NCBI RefSeq assembly: GCF_003018255.1
Contig: NZ_CP027440.1
DNA: 64,000 nt
From: Escherichia coli
Lineage (GTDB): Bacteria; Pseudomonadota; Gammaproteobacteria; Enterobacterales; Enterobacteriaceae
Strand: one strand, 5' to 3'
The notes beneath the pieces were generated by a model. That model ran no database searches and was not told the DNA's origin. It saw only the letters and a program-made list of their open reading frames with translations. The position numbers and the translations under genes were made by a program. Of this stretch, positions 7,885 through 15,523 are shown piece after piece. How positions within the stretch are numbered: the first letter of the stretch is position 1; each line of letters starts with the position of its first letter.

Positions 7885-8904
7885 TGGAAATGTTAAATGA
7901 CTCACAATTCGGTTGATGGGCTATTGTCTGATCGATGGAAGTCTTGTAAAAACGAGCCAGCATAGTGAATCCCCCTGTGCGGAGGGGCGTCTGACATGGT
8001 CTCCATAGCGATGGTCACAATACGCAGATTCAGTAGTCAGGCTGAATCTACCGGGAGGCACCCGGCACTATGCTGCTTATGGTGTATACATAGCGATCGG
8101 CCCCTCTCCGGAGGGGCTTTTTTTGTGCGGGAAAAGGCTGTGTTGTTAAGTGTTAAATTCCTCACAGTTCGGATGGTTGATGCTTGCCTGTCTGAGGGGG
8201 AGTTGTTAAAAAAGTTCTGCATGGTGAATCCCCCTGTGCGGAGGGGCGACTGGTGTGATTTGCATCTTTTCTGTTGTAGGCAATGCAAACGCGGGTTCAG
8301 GGACGCCAGACTGGACTCACCGGGAGGCACCCGGCACCATGTTCATGATGATACAGATACGCAGTGTCAGCCCCTCTCCTGAGGGGCTTTTTTATGCAGG
8401 AAAAACGCTGTGTTGTGAAATGTTAAATTCCTCACAGTTCAGATGGTTGATGCTTGCCTGTCTGAGGGGGAGTTGTTAAAAAAGTTCTGCATGGTGAATC
8501 CCCCTGAGCGGAGGGGCATATCAGCGCAGGTGTTTCTACTCTATCCTTTCTGTGCGGGTTCAGGTGCTGATACTGAACTCACCGGGAGGCACCCGGCATC
8601 ATGCATATGGTTAACAGACACGTAGCGAAGCCCCTCTCCGGAGGGGCTTTTTTATGCAGGGAAAAGGCTGTGTTGTGAAATGTTAAATTCCTCACAATTC
8701 ATGAGGTTGATGATTGTCTGATTGATGAGGAGTTTGTTAAAAAAAACGGGCATGGTGAATCCCCCTGTGCGGAGGGGTGATATCGTATCATTTCCTGTGT
8801 GGCCGACTGATATCACGGACATTTGTTCACCGGGAGGCACCCGGCACCATGCAGTATACAGAGATTAGGCATACATCCAGGCTCCTCATCGCAGGAGCCT
8901 TTTT
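7885..8904 (+). repeat. tandem array of four ~240-270-bp structured-RNA units (B 7885-8124, C 8125-8393, D 8394-8653, E 8654-8904)
   Basis: Each unit has box 1 TGTTAAAT.CCTCACA(A/G)TTC, box 2 TTGTTAAAAAA..GCATGGTGAATCCCCCTGTGCGGAGGGGC, box 3 CACCGGGAGGCACCCGGCACCATG, and an intrinsic terminator with a T-run. The ORFs crossing the units differ in frame and length. Confidence 0.85.
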
Positions 8905-8910
8905 ACATGT

Positions 8911-8989
8911 AAAAAAAAACCGCTCCTGGGAAGAGCGGTTGGCAAGGAAGCAAGGAATAAATAACAAAACGTGAAGTAATTTATTCAGC
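8911..8989 (-). ncRNA. candidate small RNA, copy 2 (promoter to intrinsic terminator)
   Basis: Minus strand: TTGCGC (9025-9020), 18-bp spacer, TATTAT (9001-8996), then ~79 nt ending in AACCGCTC-TTCCCAG-GAGCGGTT plus U9. Shares the core TTACTTCACGTTTT.TT.TTTATTCCTTGC with copy 1. Confidence 0.55.
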
Positions 8990-9137
8990 ACCCTAATAAT
9001 ACCTTAGAGTAATCACCTTGCGCAACTGTAAGGGCGTATTTCTTTTTTGCGGGCTGTTTTTCTGTGTGACTTTTGTGTTTCCGGTGGTCAGCCCGTGCCT
9101 TCTCTGACTCAGAACATTATCCCGGCCGGGAGGATTC

Positions 9138-11102
9138 ATGGCATTTAAACACTACGATGTGGTCAGGGCGGCATCGCCGTCAGACCTTGCTGAACGACTG
9201 ACACAAAAACTGAAGGAGGGCTGGCAGCCATTTGGCAGTCCGGTGGCCATCACGCCTTATACCCTGATGCAGGCCATTGCGGCGGAAGGTGATGTCACCA
9301 CACCAGTGGCGGTGACCGGTAATGAGGGTAAGGTGGTGGCTGTCAGTGCCACCAGCGACCCGGAGTATTACTTTGTTGTGGTTCTGGCAGGGCAGTCAAA
9401 TGGCATGTCGTATGGTGAAGGTCTTCCGCTGCCGGAGACATATGACCGTCCGGACCCGCGCATTAAGCAGCTGGCGCGCCGCAGTACGGTGACACCGGGC
9501 GGTGTTGCCTGTAAATATAACGACATCATTCCGGCGGACCATTGTCTGCATGATGTGCAGGACATGAGCCGTCTTAACCATCCGAAAGCGGACCTGTCAA
9601 AGGGGCAGTACGGTACCGTGGGGCAGGGGCTGCATATCGCCAAAAAATTGCTGCCGTTTATACCGGCGAATGCGGGCATTCTGCTGGTTCCGTGCTGTCG
9701 TGGTGGTTCAGCGTTCACCACCGGAGCTGATGGCACATACAGTGACGCGAGTGGTGCCTCGGAGAATTCAACCCGCTGGGGTGTGGACAAGCCGCTGTAT
9801 AAGGACCTTATCGGTCGAACAAAAGCAGCACTGAAGAAGAACCCGAAAAATGTGCTGTTTGCCGTGGTGTGGATGCAGGGGGAATTTGATTTTGGCGGTA
9901 CGCCGGTAAATCACGCAGCACAGTTTGGTGCGCTGGTTGATAAATTCCGTGCAGACCTGGCGGATATGGCAGGCCAGTGCGTCAGTGGCTCTGCTGGCAG
10001 TGTTCCCTGGATATGCGGGGACACGACGTATTTCTGGAAGCAGAAGAACGAATCCACGTACCAGACGGTGTACGGCAGCTATAAAAACAAAACGGAAAAG
10101 AATATCCATTTCGTACCGTTCATGACGGATGAGAACGGGGTGAATGTGCCGACGAACAAACCGGAAGAAGACCCGGACATTCCGGGTATCGGGTATTACG
10201 GTTCGAAATGGCGTGACAGCTCAGCCACCTGGACGTCACAGGACAGGGCGAGCCATTTCAGCACCTGGGCACGCCGGGGGATTATTTCCGACCGTCTGGC
10301 AACGGCGATTCTGGTGCACGCCGGGAGAACCGCTGAATTCATTACCGGAAAACAGCCTGATATGGTGAAGCCCACCGTACCTTCCGGTGAAGGTCCGGAG
10401 AGAGAGGCGGAAGCCCCGGTCAGTAACCGAACCCTGATGAGTCTGCTGGCATCCGGCGAAGACCTGGCATCACAGGGCTGGCGCTATTATCACAAACCGG
10501 CGGGCGGAGACAGTGTTAACAAAAACATTGCTGAAGCGGTGGTCAGTGATGCGGGGGCTACGGGAGGTAAGGCCCTGCAACTGAACAAACCGGAAAACCA
10601 CATCTGGTTTCTGGAGCATGATGCAGCCGGACAGGGTGCGGAGTTACTGAAGAAGGGCGGACGTGTGAGCGTACGGTTTAAGTTGCCGGGTTCACTGGTG
10701 CCGAATCAGTTTGCCCTGGGCATTTACTGGCAGTTGTCGTCCCTGCCGGAGGGGGTGACGCTGTCAGGAGAAGGTAACGATATGCTGATGTCTTTCTTCC
10801 TGCAGACGGATACGACGAACCTGAACGCGATGCATCACAGGAAGCCGAATGCGAAGCTGGATACATTCGGGGTCTTTGATAACGGATGGCACACGCTGGC
10901 TTTTGAGTTTGCCGGAAACAACAGCATTCAGGTGACACCAGTACTGGATGAGAAACGGGGAGCGGCGTTCACACTGGTGAAGTCACCGGCATCGGGGGCG
11001 GCGGACAAACTGCAACTGACCGATATATCAAAATCGGCGACGTATACGCTGCTGATTGACAGCATTGCGGTGGAAGTGAACAGCACAGACACTGCGGCAT
11101 GA
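9138..11102 (+). CDS. NanS-p-type prophage sialate O-acetylesterase (DUF1737 + SASA esterase + C-terminal lectin-like domain)
   Basis: 654 aa. The N-terminus MAFKHYDVV...GWQPFGSP is DUF1737-like. The block VVLAGQSNGMSYG is a GDSL/SASA-type catalytic motif. It sits upstream of the lysis genes, as for nanS-p genes of EHEC lambdoid prophages. Confidence 0.8.
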   Translation: MAFKHYDVVRAASPSDLAERLTQKLKEGWQPFGSPVAITPYTLMQAIAAEGDVTTPVAVTGNEGKVVAVSATSDPEYYFVVVLAGQSNGMSYGEGLPLPETYDRPDPRIKQLARRSTVTPGGVACKYNDIIPADHCLHDVQDMSRLNHPKADLSKGQYGTVGQGLHIAKKLLPFIPANAGILLVPCCRGGSAFTTGADGTYSDASGASENSTRWGVDKPLYKDLIGRTKAALKKNPKNVLFAVVWMQGEFDFGGTPVNHAAQFGALVDKFRADLADMAGQCVSGSAGSVPWICGDTTYFWKQKNESTYQTVYGSYKNKTEKNIHFVPFMTDENGVNVPTNKPEEDPDIPGIGYYGSKWRDSSATWTSQDRASHFSTWARRGIISDRLATAILVHAGRTAEFITGKQPDMVKPTVPSGEGPEREAEAPVSNRTLMSLLASGEDLASQGWRYYHKPAGGDSVNKNIAEAVVSDAGATGGKALQLNKPENHIWFLEHDAAGQGAELLKKGGRVSVRFKLPGSLVPNQFALGIYWQLSSLPEGVTLSGEGNDMLMSFFLQTDTTNLNAMHHRKPNAKLDTFGVFDNGWHTLAFEFAGNNSIQVTPVLDEKRGAAFTLVKSPASGAADKLQLTDISKSATYTLLIDSIAVEVNSTDTAA

Positions 11103-11236
11103 TAAAAAAAGCCGCCAGTTACCGGAATGGACTGGCGGTGGTAATACCCATGGAGAAATATAAAGGAACGATACTTTCGTGCTCTGTTTTTTTAAATGAA
11201 AACAGTTCTTATTGTCAACAATAACGGTAAGAAATT

Positions 11237-11416
11237 ATGACTTTTATTCATCAGGTGATGCTGTACTTCTGTACGGCAGTCTGTGTGCTGTATCTCCTTT
11301 CGGGTGGATACCGGGCCATGCGTGACTTCTGGCGCAGACAGATTGACAAAAGGGCCGCTGAGAAAATCAGCGCCAGTCAGTCAGCCGGAAGCAAACCCGA
11401 AGAGCCGCTCATTTAG
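11237..11416 (+). CDS. small single-pass membrane protein (59 aa, below the ORF-track cutoff)
   Basis: Read by hand: MTFIHQVMLYFCTAVCVLYLLSGGYRAMRDFWRRQIDKRAAEKISASQSAGSKPEEPLI. N-terminal TM helix followed by a basic tail. Confidence 0.45.
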   Translation: MTFIHQVMLYFCTAVCVLYLLSGGYRAMRDFWRRQIDKRAAEKISASQSAGSKPEEPLI

Positions 11417-11456
11417 CGGCAACTTTCTTAATCACACCTTTCGACGAGAAAATCCC

Positions 11457-11702
11457 ATGTCAGAAATTACATCCCTGGTCACTGCTGAAGCAGTGAAGGA
11501 CGTCCTGCGCTCTGAAGAAGTCCTGAGCGCACTGAAACAGAAACTGCGCCATAAGCTGGAAGCGCGTCTTGATGCAGAAGTGGATGCCATTCTGGATGAA
11601 CTGCTGGGCGCACCGGCAGCTCCGGAGCCGGAAGGCATCGCGGGTGAGGGGAGTGCTTCAGATAGCGGTGACCCCACACCTGACAGCGACATGATGATGT
11701 AA
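11457..11702 (+). CDS. DUF826-like small acidic protein
   Basis: 81 aa from ATG 11457 (internal to ORF 11283..11702): [51 protein letters not shown]... Sits immediately upstream of the holin, as in Stx-type phages. Confidence 0.6.
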   Translation: MSEITSLVTAEAVKDVLRSEEVLSALKQKLRHKLEARLDAEVDAILDELLGAPAAPEPEGIAGEGSASDSGDPTPDSDMMM

Positions 11703-11779
11703 GCATGCGTCAGGGACCATCGGTGTGTGCCGGTGGTCTTTTTTATTGTTGTGAGCTTCCGGATTGCGGGAGACGGGGT

Positions 11780-11995
11780 ATGTACCAGATGGAAAAAATC
11801 ACAACAGGTGTGTCATACACCACGTCAGCGGTGGGAACGGGCTACTGGTTCCTGCAGTTGCTGGACAGGGTTTCCCCGTCTCAGTGGGCGGCAATAGGCG
11901 TGCTGGGGAGTCTGCTGTTTGGGCTGCTGACATATCTGACGAACCTGTATTTCAAAATTAAAGAAGACCGGCGTAAGGCGGCGCGGGGAGAGTAG
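11780..11995 (+). CDS. class II holin, phage-21 S21 pinholin type, with dual-start motif
   Basis: 71 aa: [71 protein letters not shown]. Very close to the remembered S21 sequence. Met1/Met4 form the dual start. Confidence 0.9.
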   Translation: MYQMEKITTGVSYTTSAVGTGYWFLQLLDRVSPSQWAAIGVLGSLLFGLLTYLTNLYFKIKEDRRKAARGE

Positions 11996-11998
11996 ACG

Positions 11999-12790
11999 AT
12001 GAATAAACAATACGAACTGGTTGTTAAAGGGATAAATATTTACCCGGATAAGATTACTGTTACTGTGGCGCTGGAAACGGGTGGGTATACGTCACTGTTG
12101 TTGCCAAATGTGGTGATTGATCTTGATCGTGTTGAAGGTGCCCCGCTGGAGTTTTACGAAGCTGAGGCGAAAAAGAAGGCGAAGCAGTTTTTCATGGATA
12201 TTGCTGCCGGGTTATGTGAAGGGAACGAACCGTTGCCGGAAAAGCGCCTCTGTTCAGAAGAGCGGTATACCATACAAATTAACAATGCATATAACACGAT
12301 ACAGTCAGAAAAAGATGATATCGAATCACGCATTGAAAAACTGGAGAACAGCGTCGTTGAACTGAATAAAAAACTGTCGGTGCAGATCCCTTCCGAAGGT
12401 GAAAAAAAACGCCGTGATGAGCAGTTCGCGGCGTTTTACGATTATTGCCGGAAAGTGATGAGCAGAAATCTCGCAGAGTGTTTCCGTATTCAAAAAAACA
12501 GAGAGCGCTCTGCAAATAGTGAGATTCTGGATAATTTTTTAAAGGGGACGCATCTCGCCAGTGATTGTTTCATTGCTCATTCTTTTGGTGGCTTTCATGA
12601 GGCCATCAAACATGATGTTGAGAGAAGTCCAGGTATCCTCTGTTCCATTCCCGTAAGCATCGAAATAGACACAAATACGATAACCGGTGAACTCGTTACC
12701 GCCGGAGTCGGTATATTCCGTCATGAGGGGAACGATGCCAAAGGTTCCTTTACAAAAATCGGGCCGTTCTTTCTGAAGGTAGAGCGATAG
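11999..12790 (+). CDS. hypothetical protein with central coiled coil (cassette gene A between holin and endolysin)
   Basis: 263 aa. SD GGGAGAG; ATG lies 3 nt after the holin stop. The last 84 codons are codon-aligned antisense to gene B, so the true 3' end and function are uncertain. Confidence 0.5.
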   Translation: MNKQYELVVKGINIYPDKITVTVALETGGYTSLLLPNVVIDLDRVEGAPLEFYEAEAKKKAKQFFMDIAAGLCEGNEPLPEKRLCSEERYTIQINNAYNTIQSEKDDIESRIEKLENSVVELNKKLSVQIPSEGEKKRRDEQFAAFYDYCRKVMSRNLAECFRIQKNRERSANSEILDNFLKGTHLASDCFIAHSFGGFHEAIKHDVERSPGILCSIPVSIEIDTNTITGELVTAGVGIFRHEGNDAKGSFTKIGPFFLKVER

Positions 12791-13171
12791 TTTGTTAAGT
12801 ACCCATCCGACAGCTCGCTCATTTTGGTTTATTTTCGTATCGCGAAACAAAAATTCGAAGCGGCCAGATGACGCATGGGTGCAACCAAATACCGGGGCGT
12901 ATTCATCAACCTTTGGTGTTCCTGAAAACATGCAGTCCGTGCTCTCGAATGCAGATGAATTGCTGTTGATCCACTTAACAAAAGAAAAAAAGGTCTGAAT
13001 CGCTTGTCTGTCTGAATATTCAACAAAATCCTCAAGGTGTGTCTCGATCAGTTCCGGGTGTTTACGAAAGTCATAATATTGACCGGGACGATATTTATGA
13101 GTGGTTGTTTTATCCCATGGTTGTGCTCTGCGTCCCTGTAAACGGAGGTCTGCCGCTGGATAGATAAGCAT
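12539..13171 (-). CDS. hypothetical protein (cassette gene B, convergent with gene A)
   Basis: 210 aa from ATG 13171, with SD AGGAG 7 nt upstream (the ORF-track start 13240 lacks an RBS). No family recognised. AT-rich. Confidence 0.6.
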   Translation of the reverse strand: MLIYPAADLRLQGRRAQPWDKTTTHKYRPGQYYDFRKHPELIETHLEDFVEYSDRQAIQTFFSFVKWINSNSSAFESTDCMFSGTPKVDEYAPVFGCTHASSGRFEFLFRDTKINQNERAVGWVLNKLSLYLQKERPDFCKGTFGIVPLMTEYTDSGGNEFTGYRICVYFDAYGNGTEDTWTSLNIMFDGLMKATKRMSNETITGEMRPL

Positions 13172-13301
13172 AAGTAATCTCCTGGTGGAATGTAATCCAC
13201 GATCATCCGGGGAAATTAAGAACCCGCCAGTGCCCACCACTGGTGGGGTGAAGGCTTAACATATCCAGGGATTCGGAACCGATAAATCCTGATAAATATC
13301 C

Positions 13302-13835
13302 ATGAACACCAAAATCAAATACGGCCTGTCGGCTGCCGTTCTGGCGCTGATTGCCGCAGGGGCGCCTGCGCCTGATATTCTCGACCAGTTTCTGGATGAA
13401 AAAGAAGGTAACCACACCACGGCATACCGTGATGGTGCGGGTATCTGGACCATTTGTCGTGGTGCCACCAGGGTGGATGGCAAACCTGTCGTCCCGGGCA
13501 TGAAGTTGTCGAAGAAAAAATGCGACCAGGTTAACGCCATTGAGCGTGATAAGGCGCTGGCATGGGTGGAGAAAAACATCAAAGTGCCACTGACTGAACC
13601 CCAGAAAGCGGGTATTGCGTCATTCTGTCCTTACAACATTGGCCCCGGTAAGTGTTTCAGCTCAACGTTTTACCGGAAACTGAACGCCGGAGACCGTAAA
13701 GGCGCATGTGCTGAAATTCGTCGCTGGATATATGACGGTGGTCAGGACTGCCGTATTCGTTCAAACAACTGTTACGGTCAGGTATCCCGTCGTGACCAGG
13801 AGAGCGCGCTGGCGTGCTGGGGAATCGACAGATAA
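13302..13835 (+). CDS. SAR endolysin (GH24 T4-lysozyme family, phage-21 R type)
   Basis: 177 aa. N-terminal signal-anchor-release segment GLSAAVLALIAAGAPA. Catalytic E-x8-D-x5-T in EGNHTTAYRDGAGIWT. Matches a pinholin partner. Confidence 0.9.
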   Translation: MNTKIKYGLSAAVLALIAAGAPAPDILDQFLDEKEGNHTTAYRDGAGIWTICRGATRVDGKPVVPGMKLSKKKCDQVNAIERDKALAWVEKNIKVPLTEPQKAGIASFCPYNIGPGKCFSSTFYRKLNAGDRKGACAEIRRWIYDGGQDCRIRSNNCYGQVSRRDQESALACWGIDR

Positions 13836-14108
13836 GCAGAATATTTTGCTGAAAAATGATGTTGGCCAACGCGGGTGGATAACACGAAATCCTGCGAACT
13901 GGCAAAACCTAAGTGAATAAAGTCAGGAACATTGTTTCACGCAGAGGCACCGTAATGGTGCCTTTGTCATTTCTGCGCTTCGCACAAGCGTAAATAAACC
14001 AAAGAACCTTTCAGGATGAGCCCTGGTGGATAACCGGCAGTGGTCTGGTTAACCCTCTTTGGGCTGGTTATTCCTGTGCGCAGGGTTCATTACTAAAAGG
14101 AATCAACC

Positions 14109-14804
14109 ATGAAAGAGATGATTTCTGTCGATCATGAAATATCCATGAGTAGTCTGGATTTTCTGAATAACATTATTAATCCAGCCCGGGCAGAAGCCGG
14201 AGAAGTCCCTCATGAACCGCGTAAGTTTCTTGCAAAAATTGAGGATGAACTTGAGCTTGATGGAACCGGAAAAAAATTCCGGTTAAACAATAACCAGACA
14301 AGAACGGCATACTATGATCTGGATTTTGACCAGATGATGCTCGTTGGCATGAGGGAGTCAAAGGCCGTTCGTCGTTCTGTGCTGGCAAGACTCAAAGCGA
14401 TGCATGGTATTCAGATCCCCCGGACTTTACCTGAGGCGTTGCGATTTGCGGCAAAACTGGCAGAACAGAAAGCAGTGCTGGAAAATCAACTGGCAATAGC
14501 AGCGCCGAAGGCTGAATTTGTTGATAACTATGTTGAAGCATCTGGTCTGATGGGATTCCGGGAAGTTGCTAAGTTACTCGGTATCAAAGAAACCGATTTC
14601 CGGCTGTTTTTGTTGGAGAACGGAATAATGTATCGCCTCGCTGGAAAAATGACGCCTTACTCGCATCACCTGGATGCGGGGCGGTTTAGCGTGAAAACGG
14701 GCGAGGCGGGCAATGGTCATGCTTTTACGCAGGTTAAATTCACCCCAAAAGGTGTTCAGTGGATTGCTGGTCTGCTTGCTGCATGGAGAGCTACCGCAGC
14801 ATGA
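14109..14804 (+). CDS. antirepressor-like protein (KilAC/Ant C-terminal domain) inserted between R and Rz
   Basis: 231 aa. The C-terminal half (AAPKAEFVDNYVEASGLMGFREVAKLLGIKETDFRLFLLENGIMYR) is KilAC-like. Stx-type phages carry an Ant-like gene at this position. Confidence 0.7.
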   Translation: MKEMISVDHEISMSSLDFLNNIINPARAEAGEVPHEPRKFLAKIEDELELDGTGKKFRLNNNQTRTAYYDLDFDQMMLVGMRESKAVRRSVLARLKAMHGIQIPRTLPEALRFAAKLAEQKAVLENQLAIAAPKAEFVDNYVEASGLMGFREVAKLLGIKETDFRLFLLENGIMYRLAGKMTPYSHHLDAGRFSVKTGEAGNGHAFTQVKFTPKGVQWIAGLLAAWRATAA

Positions 14805-14896
14805 AGATGATAAAAATGGACTGGAAATTTTTGCTGGTCTGGCTGATTCCGTTTTTATGGGTGGTTGCCCGGTTAATTACTGCTATTAAGGGGTAA
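14801..14896 (+). CDS. 31-aa hydrophobic micro-ORF
   Basis: Read by hand: [35 protein letters not shown] overlap with the ant stop. Confidence 0.3.
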   Translation: MKMIKMDWKFLLVWLIPFLWVVARLITAIKG

Positions 14897-14898
14897 AG

Positions 14899-15030
14899 AT
14901 GTCAGACAAACTCATAACGCTGGCGAAGGGCCTTTGTGTAATCGTCGGTATTTCATTTTCACTAATGCTGGTTGTTCTTTTTCTTTCCATAACCTGGATG
15001 GCGTTGACTTCGGCAGGGCTGGTGGGGTGA
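14899..15030 (+). CDS. 43-aa hydrophobic micro-ORF
   Basis: Read by hand: [43 protein letters not shown]. Its stop overlaps the Rz GTG start (GTGA). Confidence 0.3.
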   Translation: MSDKLITLAKGLCVIVGISFSLMLVVLFLSITWMALTSAGLVG

Positions 15031-15500
15031 GCATAAACCGAATGCTTTCCGCGTTTACCGTTATTCTGCTGGTGGTCTGTGGTGCGCTTAGTCTGGGGCT
15101 GAATCATTACCGCGATAACGCCATCACCTACAAAGCGCAGCGCGATAAAAAAGCCAGAGAGCTGGAGCTGGCAAACGCAACCATTACTGATATGCAGGTG
15201 CGCCAGCGCGATGTTGCTGCGCTCGATGCAAAATACTCGAGGGAATTAGCCGATGCGAGAGCTGAAAATGAAACTCTGCGCGCTGATGTTGCCGCTGGTC
15301 GTAAGCGCCTGCGGATCAACGCCACCTGCTCCGGTACCGTGCGTGAAGCCACCGGCACCTCCGGCGTGGGCAATGATGCCGCCGTCGAACTCTCTCCGGT
15401 TGCTGGACGAAACGTTCTCGGTATCAGAGACGGAATCATCAGCGACCAGGCTGCATTGAGAATGCTTCAGGAATATATTCGCACTCAGTGTATTAACTAG
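15027..15500 (+). CDS. Rz i-spanin
   Basis: GTG start chosen by alignment to remembered lambda Rz (…[42 protein letters not shown]). N-terminal TM helix. Confidence 0.85.
   Translation: MSINRMLSAFTVILLVVCGALSLGLNHYRDNAITYKAQRDKKARELELANATITDMQVRQRDVAALDAKYSRELADARAENETLRADVAAGRKRLRINATCSGTVREATGTSGVGNDAAVELSPVAGRNVLGIRDGIISDQAALRMLQEYIRTQCIN
15253..15459 (+). CDS. Rz1 o-spanin lipoprotein, embedded in the +1 frame of Rz
   Basis: [20 protein letters not shown]... with lipobox VSA|C and the proline-rich [10 protein letters not shown], as in lambda Rz1. Confidence 0.85.
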   Translation: MRELKMKLCALMLPLVVSACGSTPPAPVPCVKPPAPPAWAMMPPSNSLRLLDETFSVSETESSATRLH

Positions 15501-15523
15501 TATTTTTGTTATCCGGAGAATGC

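Noticed and set aside
7885-8904. Possibility that the tandem repeats (here and at 34604-35440) are CRISPR arrays
   Set aside because: The units are 190-270 bp with internally conserved boxes rather than 25-40-bp direct repeats separated by unique spacers. No cas genes or leader are present.
7996-8974. ORF-track proteins inside the RNA-unit array (7996..8382, 8037..8330 -, 8255..8479, 8443..8625, 8652..8840 -, 8777..8974), and the short ORFs starting at the conserved CACCATG
   Set aside because: Frames, lengths and stops differ between otherwise near-identical units: the ATG-initiated peptides are 7, 21, 25, 29 and 33 aa with unrelated sequences. The conservation tracks RNA helices, not codons.
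6171-9060. Assigning the RNA candidates to named EHEC prophage sRNAs (AgvB, AsxR, StxS)
   Set aside because: I could only find partial, unconvincing complementarity by eye; for example, the plus-strand AAGGAAGCAAGGA at ~8944-8956 versus the remembered FnrS segment UCUUACUUCCUU. I do not remember the published sequences well enough, so the link is left as a hypothesis to test by alignment.
11100-11140. Hairpin GCCGCCAGT..ACTGGCGGT after nanS-p as a plus-strand terminator
   Set aside because: The A-run precedes the stem on the plus strand rather than following it, so it would be a minus-strand terminator with no obvious upstream gene. It is left unannotated.
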